A stretch of DNA of 64,000 nt from Candidatus Poribacteria bacterium (GTDB lineage: Bacteria; Poribacteria; WGA-4E; WGA-3G): contig OZ251518.1 in the NCBI GenBank assembly GCA_965242965.1, positions 864,001-928,000 on the forward strand, in the 5' to 3' direction. The stretch's first letter is position 1. Every line of letters starts with the position of its first letter. Shown in pieces: positions 1 to 9,606 of the stretch. The position numbers were made by a program, and so were the translations under genes. Under the pieces are notes generated by a model, which did not search any database, was not told where the DNA came from, and saw nothing but the letters and a program-made list of their open reading frames with translations.

Positions 1-726
1 GCACTGCTCTGGGAAATACCGATGATCGAGTCGGTGCATGATGTGCGTAAAATAGGTGGCTTTCGGCTGCAGTGCCTCGCTAATTTCCAACGCCTGTCCT
101 ACGGACAAATGCGTCGGATGTCTCGGATTGAAACTCAGCGCGTCGATAACCAGCACCTCAATTCCTTCCAGCAGTGCCTGCGAAGTTGCCGGCAACTGTT
201 TGACATCCGGCAGGTAGCCGAAGTCGTCAATCCGGTATCCGTATGTCTCCATGTTGCCGTGTTCGACAGGAATCGGCGTGATGTCAAAACCGAACAGTTG
301 AAACCGCTTGCTGACAACGTTCGGCAGGAGATGCCCGACACCGCCGCCTTGGAACGTCTCTTTGGTGAACATATAGTCAAAGTTGCGTTGCAAGACGCGA
401 ATCGTCTGCGCGGGCGCGTAGATAGGCATGTCCATCTGCTGTTTGCGGCACGGCATGACGATGTCGTTGGTGCCGCTGACGTGGTCCGCGTGGCAATGCG
501 TGAAAATCACCGCGTCTATCCATTCAATCCGATTCCGAACAATTTGATCCATGAAGTTCGGCCCCAGGTCGAACTGCAGATTTTTTCCGTCCTTTTCAAT
601 ATGGATAGACGAACGGGTGCGATAGTTTTTAGAGCCGAACTGCATCGCGTCTTGGCACGTTTCGCAATCACATTTATACTCCGGCACGCCGGTTGAGGTG
701 CCTGAACCTAAAATCGTAATTTTCAT
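1..726 (-). CDS. PhnP-like metallo-beta-lactamase-fold hydrolase (3' end truncated by window edge)
   Basis: Not in the ORF track. Manual translation from ATG 726 gives MKITILGSGTSTGVPEYKCDCETC...RTRSS...THCHADH, with the LGSGTSTGVP start, CxCxxC and the HxHxDH MBL motif. Confidence 0.85.
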   Translation of the reverse strand, partial: MKITILGSGTSTGVPEYKCDCETCQDAMQFGSKNYRTRSSIHIEKDGKNLQFDLGPNFMDQIVRNRIEWIDAVIFTHCHADHVSGTNDIVMPCRKQQMDMPIYAPAQTIRVLQRNFDYMFTKETFQGGGVGHLLPNVVSKRFQLFGFDITPIPVEHGNMETYGYRIDDFGYLPDVKQLPATSQALLEGIEVLVIDALSFNPRHPTHLSVGQALEISEALQPKATYFTHIMHRLDHRYFPEQC

Positions 727-758
727 TTTCTATCTCCACCTGTTTTGACAAAAAACCT

Positions 759-1568
759 ATGCGAAAATTAACACCCTCCGAATGCCGGAGCCTCGCGAAG
801 CACCTCGGCGATACGCCAATGACAGTCATCACCGCGGCCCGATTACAACAAGGGATGTGCCGCGCTTATGCATCGGGAGCGGGAGGTTTATCCGATGATG
901 CATCGAGACCAGGAGGGCTCGCCTACGGGGATGCGCCTATCGCCGCGCTTGTCTTTGACGAATTTTGTCCGGAAGAACCCATCGGTTTCGGGATGGATGC
1001 CGATGCGCTGTGGACGTTGCTCAAACCGCAGGACGGTTGGAGTTGCATTAACGTTAACGCCGAATGCGCCGAACCCCTCGGTCAGCGCATCGCAGCGGAA
1101 CTGGGACAAACTGTCCGTTACTACGGCGATGTCTGTCACGCGCTCTTAGAACCTGTCGTCGTGTATCCCAACGCCTCTGTTCGCCTTTTGACAGCGGCGG
1201 ATGTGCCTCTGCTGTCCGATGCCCCTCAAGCAGTGCAGGGTAACGGTTACAAAATCGCCACGGACATGGTAACAGAAGGCATCGCCGCCGCTGCTATCGT
1301 TGAAGGAAAAATCGTCGCGATTGCACACGTCTATGCCGAGACAGATTTGCACGCCGACATCGGCGTATCCACGTTGGCGGAATGGCGCGGAAACGGATTT
1401 GCCACCGCCGCGGCCGCTCTCGTTGCATCGCGGCTTCAAGCGCGCGGCAAAGTCCCGGCTTGGAGTTGCGGGGAGGATAATGCAGCATCGCTACGGGTGG
1501 CACAAAAATTGGGTTTTACGGAAATCGAGCGGCGCACCTACGTTATCCCTGAATCCGCCAGCGAGTAA
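759..1568 (+). CDS. GNAT family N-acetyltransferase (contains an in-frame repeat-derived insert)
   Basis: C-terminal GNAT motifs DIGVST..WRGNGFA and N-x-AS-x-RVAQKLGF. Confidence 0.85.
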   Translation: MRKLTPSECRSLAKHLGDTPMTVITAARLQQGMCRAYASGAGGLSDDASRPGGLAYGDAPIAALVFDEFCPEEPIGFGMDADALWTLLKPQDGWSCINVNAECAEPLGQRIAAELGQTVRYYGDVCHALLEPVVVYPNASVRLLTAADVPLLSDAPQAVQGNGYKIATDMVTEGIAAAAIVEGKIVAIAHVYAETDLHADIGVSTLAEWRGNGFATAAAALVASRLQARGKVPAWSCGEDNAASLRVAQKLGFTEIERRTYVIPESASE

Positions 1569-1582
1569 GAGCGGATATCTCG

Positions 1583-2842
1583 CTAACCTAACGCTGCATC
1601 AACCTTATTAATCGCCGCCGCCATTAATCGCGCGTGTTCCTCCTGCATATTGACGTTGAACCCGAACCGCAGCGCGCGGCCGAGGATGGACAGCGTCATC
1701 GGGCACATATCCGGTGAATACGCAACATCGCCGGTATAACTCGGGTCGTTCCATGGATACCCTGAAGGGTGCGGCGAATGTTTAAACAAAATGGAATCCC
1801 AGTAGGCATAGATATGCCTGTCGGGAAAACCAGCGTTGTAAGCGGTTCCGGCGTTAAGTCCTTCCGCCTTGAGAGCCTCGGTATATTTTCGGGCAAGTTC
1901 CTTATCGCCGACAATAATCGCCGCGCTGATGCCACACTCGCCGCTCGGGTCATCGACGTGTTGGCGGCTGTAGCCTTCCGGTTTTTCGGCGAGTTCGGCG
2001 AGAAACGCCTTCTTGAGCCGCCGTGTATGCCCGAGGATATCGCCTAACTTCGACAATTGGACGCGCGCGAGTGCTCCCAGTATTTCACTCGGCCGGTAGC
2101 ATTGGCACGAGAAGGGTTTGTTCTGCCATTCGGCATCGCTCATCCACATCGGCAGTCCGGGTTCCGCTGCGAACGCGGCGCGTTCATAAACGTCGTAATC
2201 GTTGCTGAAAACGAGGCCGCCTTCTCCGCAGGAGATGACCTTGTAGTAGTTGAGGCTCCATGCGCCGGCATCGCCCCAGGTGCCGGCGAACTTGCCTTTA
2301 TATTGCGCGCCGACGGCTTGGCAGCAATCTTCCACAACCTTGAGCTTGTGTTTCCGCGCGAGTTCAACAATTACTTCAAGTCTGCACGGCACGCCTTGCA
2401 TGTGCACCGGTAGAATCGCCTTAGTATGCGGCGTAATTTTCCGTTCCACATCTGCCGGGTCCAACCCGAGTGAATCGTCAATTTCGGCTATCACCGGAAT
2501 CGCGCCGACACCGACGATGGCGGCCGCCGTTGCGATGAACGTATAACCGGGTAAAATGACTTCATCTCCGGGTCCGACACCAATGCCGGTGAGGGCACAA
2601 ACGAGTGCAGATGTGCCAGAGTTTACCATCAAGGCGTGCTTCACGCCGAGTTTTGCGGCGGCTTCCGTTTCAAAACCTTTCACTTGTGAATCTTCAACGA
2701 ACCGGAAGAGTTTCCCGCTCCGTAAGACTTCGGTGACTGCGTTGATTTCCCGTTCGTCTATCACGCTGGGTCCGTGCATGCCGCCCGGTATTGGTTCGGT
2801 GATAACGGGTGTTCCTCCATCTATCGCTAAACGCGCTGGCAT
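1583..2842 (-). CDS. DegT/DnrJ/EryC1/StrS family PLP-dependent aminotransferase
   Basis: LAIDGG start, NSGTSAL, PGYTFIAT, VEDCCQA and SLNYYKVISCGEGG (PLP lysine). Confidence 0.9.
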   Translation of the reverse strand: MPARLAIDGGTPVITEPIPGGMHGPSVIDEREINAVTEVLRSGKLFRFVEDSQVKGFETEAAAKLGVKHALMVNSGTSALVCALTGIGVGPGDEVILPGYTFIATAAAIVGVGAIPVIAEIDDSLGLDPADVERKITPHTKAILPVHMQGVPCRLEVIVELARKHKLKVVEDCCQAVGAQYKGKFAGTWGDAGAWSLNYYKVISCGEGGLVFSNDYDVYERAAFAAEPGLPMWMSDAEWQNKPFSCQCYRPSEILGALARVQLSKLGDILGHTRRLKKAFLAELAEKPEGYSRQHVDDPSGECGISAAIIVGDKELARKYTEALKAEGLNAGTAYNAGFPDRHIYAYWDSILFKHSPHPSGYPWNDPSYTGDVAYSPDMCPMTLSILGRALRFGFNVNMQEEHARLMAAAINKVDAALG

Positions 2843-2956
2843 TTTTGTTCCTCCTGAATTTTTCTGTGCGGTGTTTCCAGTGCCCTACATTTATCCTCTT
2901 GTGGTTACATATTATCAGATACATGTTGTTTTGTCAATAGATATTGTCAGAAAAAT

Positions 2957-2985
2957 TTGACAATTATGTTGCAACATGCTATAAT
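2957..2985 (+). promoter_or_regulatory. sigma70-type promoter with extended -10 and a palindrome in the spacer
   Basis: TTGACA-17 bp-TATAAT with TG at the extended -10 position. ATGTTGCAACAT palindrome at 2966-2977. Confidence 0.8.
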
Positions 2986-3045
2986 AGAATTAGAATCTGA
3001 TTAAACTGGGCGGCAAGCTGTGCCCGGTGAAAGAAACGAGGGAAC

Positions 3046-3591
3046 ATGTCTAAACAAGATATGCTCAAACTTACCTTGGGGCAAATTGTCCTCGGCGGTG
3101 TGGTTGGGCTCATCAGCGGTGGGCTGTGCCTTCTCCTTTTTGAAGGCGTGATTTGGGGGCAGCTCATCGGCGAGCGCGTGACAGATGGGTTTTGGGTAGG
3201 TTTACTCCTGCTCATCTCACTAGGTATTACTTACGGCGTGATGATAGCGGGTGCGAGCGAAGCGGTGCGCTTTGTCAGCAGGAAATTCGGTGCCGAGATT
3301 CCGTTTAAACCGGTGTTCTCTGGTGCGCTACTCGGTCCGCCCGCGATAGTCGGTTTGCAAGCCTTGTTGGATGTCCCGTGGGAGATTTTCGGTGCGCCGA
3401 ATGTTCTTCTGGCGGTGCTTCTTCCAGTGCTGAAAGTATTGGCGTTTGTCGTCTCCTTACCGATGCGCGTATGGCTGCTGAATCTCCAATGGCCTATTGA
3501 GATTTGGTATATTCTTGCCGTGCCGCTCGGCGCGATATTAGGTTACAGATTACCGGCGGTGCAACGTGAACCGCGCGCTGAACCTGTCTAA
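3046..3591 (+). CDS. hypothetical multi-pass membrane protein
   Basis: Several long hydrophobic segments, GAGGG RBS, directly upstream of purF. Confidence 0.7.
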   Translation: MSKQDMLKLTLGQIVLGGVVGLISGGLCLLLFEGVIWGQLIGERVTDGFWVGLLLLISLGITYGVMIAGASEAVRFVSRKFGAEIPFKPVFSGALLGPPAIVGLQALLDVPWEIFGAPNVLLAVLLPVLKVLAFVVSLPMRVWLLNLQWPIEIWYILAVPLGAILGYRLPAVQREPRAEPV

Positions 3592-3603
3592 TTGAGCTAA
3601 ATT

Positions 3604-4983
3604 ATGCGATACGATGATGATAAAGCGAAGGACGAATGCGGTGTGTTCGGTATTTTCGGGCATCCGCGTGCTGTAGAATTAACCTATTTAGGGTTGCGTG
3701 CCTTGCAGCACCGTGGGCAAGAGAGCAGCGGCATTGTCGCTTCAGATGGTGAACGTCTCACGTCTCACCACGGCATGGGGCTTGTCGCCGCGGTTTTCGA
3801 TGCGGATGCCCTCGCGAATCTCCAAGGGGATATTGCGATAGGGCATAACCGGTATTCAACCGCTGGGGAGAGCACTCTTGACAATGCGCAGCCCCTCGTG
3901 CGAAATTATCGGCACGGCCCGCTCGCGCTTGGGCACAACGGCACGCTTGTGAATGCACGGCGGCTCCGCGACGAGTTAGAGCGCGCGGGTTCTATCTTCA
4001 GCACGACGCTGGACACAGAGGTTGTTTTTCATCTCATCGCGCGTTCCCGACTTCCGCTGCTGCCAGAACGGATAGTTGAGGCACTTCGCGCCGTGCAAGG
4101 TGCGTATTCGTTCGTGATGATGAACCAAAACATGCTGATGGGTGCCCGCGACCCGCACGGATTTCGGCCTTTGTGGATTGGGCAACTCGGCGATGCGTAT
4201 GTGCTGGCATCCGAAACGTGCGCGCTGGACGTTATCGAGGCAACGCCGATTCGGGAGGTTGAACCGGGCGAGTTGGTTGTTGTGCGCCCAAACCAGAGCG
4301 GCATAGAATCCATTCAGTTCCAACCGAAACAGGCAGAATTATCGCAGTGCATCTTTGAATATATCTATCTTGCACGTCCAGACAGCCTGATGTTCGGACA
4401 GAGCGTGAACAGCACGCGTCGTGAATTCGGCAGGCAGCTCGCCCGCGAGCATCCAATGAAGGCGGATGTCGTTATCCCTGTCCCTGATTCAGCGACGATT
4501 TCTGCGCTCGGCTACGCGGAGGAATCGGGCATCCCGTTTGATTTGGGGCTTTCGCGAAACGCCTTTGTCGGCCGCTCTTTCATGAACCCTGCGCAGACTA
4601 TCCGCGAACTCATGGTGAAGGTAAAACTCAACCCTATCCGCGATGTGCTAGAGGGCAAACGGGTTATCGTCGTTGACGATTCTATCATGCGTGGGACAAA
4701 CGGCAGGAAACTGGTGAAAATCGTCCGGCAGGGCGGCGCGACCGCGGTGCATTTGCGTATCGCCTCCCCACCGAATAAATTTTCGTGTTTCTACGGCGTG
4801 GATACGCCTACGCGCAGCGAACTCATCGCGAGTTCTCACACGGTTGAGGAGATTCGGAAATACATCCGCGCCGATAGCCTCGGGTATCTGGGGATTGAAG
4901 GGATGCTCAAGGCGATGAACGCGCCGCAGGATTTTTGCACCGCCTGTTTTGATGGGAACTATCCGGTTCCGTTTGAGGAGTAA
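3604..4983 (+). CDS. purF: amidophosphoribosyltransferase
   Basis: Propeptide then CGVFG, LQHRGQES, GHNRYST, VDDSIMRG PRPP motif and C-terminal FCTACF (Fe-S type). Confidence 0.97.
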   Translation: MRYDDDKAKDECGVFGIFGHPRAVELTYLGLRALQHRGQESSGIVASDGERLTSHHGMGLVAAVFDADALANLQGDIAIGHNRYSTAGESTLDNAQPLVRNYRHGPLALGHNGTLVNARRLRDELERAGSIFSTTLDTEVVFHLIARSRLPLLPERIVEALRAVQGAYSFVMMNQNMLMGARDPHGFRPLWIGQLGDAYVLASETCALDVIEATPIREVEPGELVVVRPNQSGIESIQFQPKQAELSQCIFEYIYLARPDSLMFGQSVNSTRREFGRQLAREHPMKADVVIPVPDSATISALGYAEESGIPFDLGLSRNAFVGRSFMNPAQTIRELMVKVKLNPIRDVLEGKRVIVVDDSIMRGTNGRKLVKIVRQGGATAVHLRIASPPNKFSCFYGVDTPTRSELIASSHTVEEIRKYIRADSLGYLGIEGMLKAMNAPQDFCTACFDGNYPVPFEE

Positions 4984-5078
4984 CGTTCGCGCGGGATATA
5001 AAAACGGTAGTTGTCCCTTTTCATGCCACGGGCGAAAATTGAAAACGGAATAGTCCTGGGCGTTTACCGCAAAAAAAC

Positions 5079-5107
5079 TTGACAGTCACCGTGCGTTGTG
5101 ATATTCT
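5079..5107 (+). promoter_or_regulatory. sigma70-type promoter, probably for a leaderless mRNA
   Basis: TTGACA-17 bp-TATTCT. The in-frame ATG at 5114 lies 6 nt after the -10 and has no RBS. Confidence 0.6.
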
Positions 5108-5113
5108 ATGTGT

Positions 5114-6109
5114 ATGGAAAATCACACTCAGACACCCTTTGACTGGAACAATTTGCCCGCGCACCGTTATGATGTCGCAGCGAAGCATGCGGCGCGGGCT
5201 TTTCCAAACGACATGCTGCGCCTGCTACTCGGCACAGTCGATTTTGAATTCATTGAACATCTGGATATAGAATTCCCGGTGATGAATGTCCGACGCATGG
5301 ATAGCCTCACGAAAATCTCCTTGGAAGGAGAACTGACGCTCATCCACCGCGAATATCAGCTGCACGATAGTTATCCCATCCCGATTGAACGCCGCATTGC
5401 CGGCTACCGCGGGAGAGGCGCAGAGAACAACGAACTTCCTATTCGTTCGTATGTTATCTATTTTCACCCAGCTGCCGGACGTAGGGACCCGGGAGGCTTT
5501 TTCCGAAATGCCGACGTGCCGGGACAACGGTTCATTTCAGAATACGAAGTGATTCGGATTCCTGAACTAGCAGGCGGTCCGCTGCTGGAAACGCGCCCGC
5601 CCGGTTTGATGCCGTTTCTGCCGCTGATGCAACCACCGGCGGGTGTGGACAGTCTCGCGTGGCTTCGGCAATGTGTTGAGACGACGCGGCAGCTGCCGCT
5701 AGACACAGCGAATATCGACAACCTATTGATGTCAACGGGGATATTTGGCAATTTAGCCTACGACGAGGAGACAATCTATTCAATTATTTCGGAGGAAGAC
5801 ATGAGAAATTCATCGATTTTCCAACGCCTCATGGAGCAGCCGTTGACAGAGGCACGCCAAGAGGCACGCCAAGAAGGGATAGAACACGGCTTTGAACGCG
5901 GCGAGCAAAAAAGAGCCGTTGATGCCCTCATGGCTGTCTTGGATGTCCGCTTCCAAGACTATGATGTGCAAATCTTAAAGCCCACGTTTGAGGCGATCAC
6001 CGATTTGCAACACCTTGAGCAACTGTTACGCACCGCCGTACAAGCATCAACCATCGATGACATAACCCGAACGCTGGTGCTCCACCGAAACAACGGGACT
6101 AATACATGA
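5114..6109 (+). CDS. Rpn/YhgA-like (PD-(D/E)XK) recombination-promoting nuclease / putative transposase family protein
   Basis: YD..AK, LDIEFP..RRMDSL, LIHREYQ, LMPFLPL and a C-terminal EARQEG..GE..K tail. The ORF track starts at 5108; 5114 fits the promoter better. Confidence 0.75.
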   Translation: MENHTQTPFDWNNLPAHRYDVAAKHAARAFPNDMLRLLLGTVDFEFIEHLDIEFPVMNVRRMDSLTKISLEGELTLIHREYQLHDSYPIPIERRIAGYRGRGAENNELPIRSYVIYFHPAAGRRDPGGFFRNADVPGQRFISEYEVIRIPELAGGPLLETRPPGLMPFLPLMQPPAGVDSLAWLRQCVETTRQLPLDTANIDNLLMSTGIFGNLAYDEETIYSIISEEDMRNSSIFQRLMEQPLTEARQEARQEGIEHGFERGEQKRAVDALMAVLDVRFQDYDVQILKPTFEAITDLQHLEQLLRTAVQASTIDDITRTLVLHRNNGTNT

Positions 6110-6404
6110 GAAATTCATCGATTTTCCAACGCCTCATGGAGCAGCCGTTGACAGAGGCACGCCAAGAGGGGATAGAACGCGGCATTGAACTCGGCTTTGA
6201 ACACGGTGAGAGGAAAAATGCCGTTGATGCCCTCATGGTTGTCTTGGATGTCCGCTTCCAAGACTATGATGTGCAAATCTTAAAGCCCACGTTTGAGGCG
6301 ATCACCGATTTGCAACACCTTGAGCAATTGTTGCGCACCGCCGCACAAGCGTCAACCATCGATGACATAACCCGGACGCTGGTGCCCCACCGAAACAACG
6401 GGAC
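5801..6404 (+). repeat. tandem direct duplication of ~300 bp
   Basis: 5801-6100 and 6106-6404 both begin ATGAGAAATTCATCGATTTTCCAACG and end CACCGAAACAACGGGAC. Confidence 0.95.
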
Positions 6405-6408
6405 CTAA
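6106..6408 (+). CDS. stand-alone copy of the Rpn C-terminal ~100 aa (RpnS-like small protein)
   Basis: Near-identical to 5801-6109. Its start overlaps the upstream stop (ATGA). Confidence 0.75.
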   Translation: MRNSSIFQRLMEQPLTEARQEGIERGIELGFEHGERKNAVDALMVVLDVRFQDYDVQILKPTFEAITDLQHLEQLLRTAAQASTIDDITRTLVPHRNNGT

Positions 6409-6479
6409 TTAGGCGTGCCCGGTTGAAAACCGCGCCTACGGGGCTCGGTGCCCCCTGCGTTAGTTCCAAGGAGATTTCA

Positions 6480-6794
6480 ATGCTTAGTATCAATAGTGGT
6501 GGAAATAAGCGAAGACCGCGTCCGATCGGCACGCCACAAGGCCAACACACACTGATTACGCTCCTCATCTGCGCGATACTCGGTATGGTGCTCAGCCGCG
6601 TGCTGCCGCCGATTCTGCTGAAATTGCGTCCGGCGATGACAGCAGTCGAAGCGCAAGACCTGGGTGTGATGCTCGCCTTAGGCATTAGCGGCGTTGTGAT
6701 GGTAGTGCGACTCCTCAAACCGCCTAAAAAGAAAAAAGGCACCTCTCTTCGGGAACGATTTTTAAAGGAGCAGGAAAAATCGGATGGCAGCTAA
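6480..6794 (+). CDS. hypothetical small membrane protein
   Basis: AAGGAG RBS before ATG 6480, two hydrophobic helices and a basic tail; overlaps the purM start. Confidence 0.6.
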   Translation: MLSINSGGNKRRPRPIGTPQGQHTLITLLICAILGMVLSRVLPPILLKLRPAMTAVEAQDLGVMLALGISGVVMVVRLLKPPKKKKGTSLRERFLKEQEKSDGS

Positions 6795-7818
6795 AAACTC
6801 GTTGACTTATGCCGATGCCGGCGTTTCGTTTGAGGAAGAAGCGAAGGCTATCGCGCGCCTCAAAAAGTTAGTCCAAACCACATACCGGCCCGAAGTCCTC
6901 AGCGATGTCGGCAGTTTCGGTGGACTTTTTGCCCTCGGTTCGTATCAAGAACCGGTGCTTGTCTCTAGCACAGATAGCGTCGGCACGAAACTTAAAGTTG
7001 CGTTTCAAGCGGAACGACACGACACCGTGGGGTTTGACATCGTCGCGCACTGCGGGAACGACATCGTCGTGCAGGGTGCGGAACCGCTCTTCTTTCTTGA
7101 CTACATCGGCATCAACAAGGTATCCGCCGATGTTATTGAACAGATTATGAGCGGGCTCGCAGCGGGATGCAGGGAAATCGGGTGCGCGCTCATCGGTGGG
7201 GAAATTGCCGAACTTTCAGAACTCTATGCCCCAAACGAATATGACCTGGTTGGCACTATAGTCGGCGTAGTTGAGAGGACATCTGTCATCACCGGCGATG
7301 CAATTGAACCCGGTGACGCGCTCATCGGGTTGGGCTCCGTGGGGTTACATACCAACGGCTTCACATTAGCGCGACGCATCGTGTTTGAGCGGTGTAACTA
7401 CGGCGTTGACACCTATCTCCCAGAACTCTCTGCTACGCTTGGAGAGGAACTGCTGAAGCCGCACAAAAGTTATGTCACGTCCATTCTGGAACTCCGCAGG
7501 GTTTGCGATGTGAAGGGGCTCGCGCATATCACCGGCGGCGGGTTGCCGGGAAACGTGCAACGCATTCTGCCAGATGGATGCACGGCGCAGATTCGGAAAG
7601 GCACCTGGGAGATTCCACCGGTTTTCCCGTTTTTACAACAGAAAGGCAATGTTGCCGAGGAAGAGATGGCCCGGGTCTTCAACATGGGCATCGGCATGGT
7701 GATTGCGCTCGCGCCCGATGCTGTTGATGCCGCCGTTGCCGCTCTCAATGCCTCAGGCGAATCTGTCTACCGGATTGGCGAAGTGCTTGCCGGCGAAAAG
7801 GGGGTGCGCCTTGTCTAA
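6784..7818 (+). CDS. purM: phosphoribosylformylglycinamidine cyclo-ligase (AIR synthetase)
   Basis: TYADAGV, GSFGGLF, DSVGTK, GAEPLFFLDY, GLHTNG, AHITGGG and VFNMGIG. Confidence 0.97.
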   Translation: MAAKNSLTYADAGVSFEEEAKAIARLKKLVQTTYRPEVLSDVGSFGGLFALGSYQEPVLVSSTDSVGTKLKVAFQAERHDTVGFDIVAHCGNDIVVQGAEPLFFLDYIGINKVSADVIEQIMSGLAAGCREIGCALIGGEIAELSELYAPNEYDLVGTIVGVVERTSVITGDAIEPGDALIGLGSVGLHTNGFTLARRIVFERCNYGVDTYLPELSATLGEELLKPHKSYVTSILELRRVCDVKGLAHITGGGLPGNVQRILPDGCTAQIRKGTWEIPPVFPFLQQKGNVAEEEMARVFNMGIGMVIALAPDAVDAAVAALNASGESVYRIGEVLAGEKGVRLV

Positions 7819-8518
7819 ACCTTTTGCCGAGACGCAAGAATTGGAGACGCTGCTTGACGAAACGCATCCACAGGTGATTTTGGCGGCGTTACAGCAAGTG
7901 GACGATGCCGATGCCGCGCTCTTTTTGCTCATGCTCAAAACCGCCTCCGATGCGCTCACCGCGCACGCCGGGAAAATCTTCGCGCAATTGCCGTTCGAGA
8001 GACAGGTCAGCATCGCCGAAAAGGTGATTGCGACAGAGATTGTCGAATCGGAACGCGCGAAGCAACTCTGGGACATCCTCGTGGGGAAAATTCAGGAGGC
8101 ACACACCCAGAACCTGTTTTTAGGCGAGGGCGCGGGAAATCTGGCGAAACTGCTCTCACACGCCGATATCGCGACGCAAAGCCGACTATTGGAAGCGTTG
8201 GGAGAGAGACAACCAGAAGTAGTCAATAGCGTTGAGGCACAACTGTTTCCTTTTGATGAATTGGCGCGCTTGGAAGATGAGGCAATCTCAACTATCCTGC
8301 ATGCGTTGGACACCTCCACGTTAGCCCTCGCTTTGCACAACGCGCCCCAGGCGATTCGGGACAGGTTCGTTGAGAACATGTCGGCATCGCAAGCGGAGGA
8401 GCTTGAGGCGGCAGCGGCGCAGTTGACGGTTGAACAGACGCAGCTCGTTGACACGGCGCGCCAATCAGTTGTGAATTTGGTGCGCAATTTCGCGGCGAAG
8501 GGTATGTTGAAGATGTAG
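7811..8518 (+). CDS. FliG C-terminal domain-containing protein
   Basis: LFPFDELARL..LALAL..RDRFVENMS..ARQSVVNLVR resembles FliG_C. Likely TTG start overlapping the purM stop. Confidence 0.7.
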   Translation: MSKPFAETQELETLLDETHPQVILAALQQVDDADAALFLLMLKTASDALTAHAGKIFAQLPFERQVSIAEKVIATEIVESERAKQLWDILVGKIQEAHTQNLFLGEGAGNLAKLLSHADIATQSRLLEALGERQPEVVNSVEAQLFPFDELARLEDEAISTILHALDTSTLALALHNAPQAIRDRFVENMSASQAEELEAAAAQLTVEQTQLVDTARQSVVNLVRNFAAKGMLKM

Positions 8519-8652
8519 AGGATAAGCGAAGGGGAGCGCGCATCGGGCCCACCTCTGTAGTTCGGGAGCGGGTGCTCCCGAACGGATCAGGAGCAGGTGC
8601 TCCTGCCCTACAGGGGTGATGCGCTCTGACAGCCAAACGCACTGGGGCTCAC

Positions 8653-9606
8653 CTAATCTTCCAACGTAAACTCAAAAGGAATCTTCACCCTCTTGCTCAC
8701 CGGTTTTCCTGCCTGCATAGCAGGGGTGAAAGTGGATTTGCGCAGTGCGGCAATTGCCGCGTCTTCAAAGCCGAAACCGAGACTAGTAAGGGGCACGATA
8801 TCCTGGGCGATGCCGTTCTCATCAATAGTGGCTTGCAAAAACACGATGCCCTCTTTTCCTGCGCGTTTCGCGGTTTGCGGATAATCCGGCTTCGATTTGA
8901 ATTTGAACTTTGGGTTGGTGCCCTTGGGTCCAATTTTGATATCCCCGACGTTCAAATCCGGCGCGTCATCTACGGCGAGGGGTTCAACCTTGTCAAGCAG
9001 CGAATCCGAGGAACGCTCCGGTGCAAAATCGAGAGGTTTTATCTCTACCTCATCTGCCCCGGTTGGCCGCTCAAGTCCCTTCCCAAAATCAAGAGCCTTC
9101 AGTCCGCTGGTTGTCGACGGTTCGGGGACTTCCACCGCCGCGTCGGGTGCCTGATCGATGGTGAACCCGGTATCTGCTAACGGCAGTGTCGTAGTCGTCT
9201 GGACAGGTTTCCGCGTTATATTCTTTTGCGTATCCTGCCGCTTGGTTTCAAACTGCTGTTTCGGCCGCGCTCGGAATCTGCGTTTCGTCGATGGATTTTC
9301 TTTCACGACAAGCACCCCATCAATTGTCTCTGTCTCGGAGACAATCCGGTCGGTGATGTAGAAAATGCTGATGAAGAACGCTATAATGACATGAAATGCC
9401 ACGGACACCGTGAGTGCAGTGGAGTTGCGGCCCGCGGTTTTCTGCAAAGTCATCGGCGCGCTCATCGGTTGCGCCTGCGCTTGAGAGACAGCACTCCGCT
9501 GCCCCGTATCAAGCGGCATCCGCTTCAACGGTTTTACCCGCTTCGGCTTTTTACGTTCCGCCCGGCGCTGCTGAAGAGTGGCGACAATGTCGGAACTTCT
9601 ACTCAT
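8653..9606 (-). CDS. TonB family energy transducer
   Basis: SVAFH transmembrane motif, low-complexity linker and TonB_C (PDYPQTAKRAGKEGIV..FTPA..GKPV..IPFEF). Confidence 0.88.
   Translation of the reverse strand: MSRSSDIVATLQQRRAERKKPKRVKPLKRMPLDTGQRSAVSQAQAQPMSAPMTLQKTAGRNSTALTVSVAFHVIIAFFISIFYITDRIVSETETIDGVLVVKENPSTKRRFRARPKQQFETKRQDTQKNITRKPVQTTTTLPLADTGFTIDQAPDAAVEVPEPSTTSGLKALDFGKGLERPTGADEVEIKPLDFAPERSSDSLLDKVEPLAVDDAPDLNVGDIKIGPKGTNPKFKFKSKPDYPQTAKRAGKEGIVFLQATIDENGIAQDIVPLTSLGFGFEDAAIAALRKSTFTPAMQAGKPVSKRVKIPFEFTLED

Noticed and set aside
22-696. 224-aa plus-strand ORF
   Set aside because: Antisense shadow of the minus-strand MBL hydrolase, which has clear motifs.
5114-6408. Insertion sequence carrying a transposase
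   Set aside because: No terminal inverted repeats or target duplication seen. Rpn-family proteins are not established as autonomous IS transposases.
8535-8640. Rho-independent terminator between convergent FliG-like and TonB genes
   Set aside because: The stems are family-D repeat hairpins without a U-tract. A terminator role cannot be supported from sequence alone.
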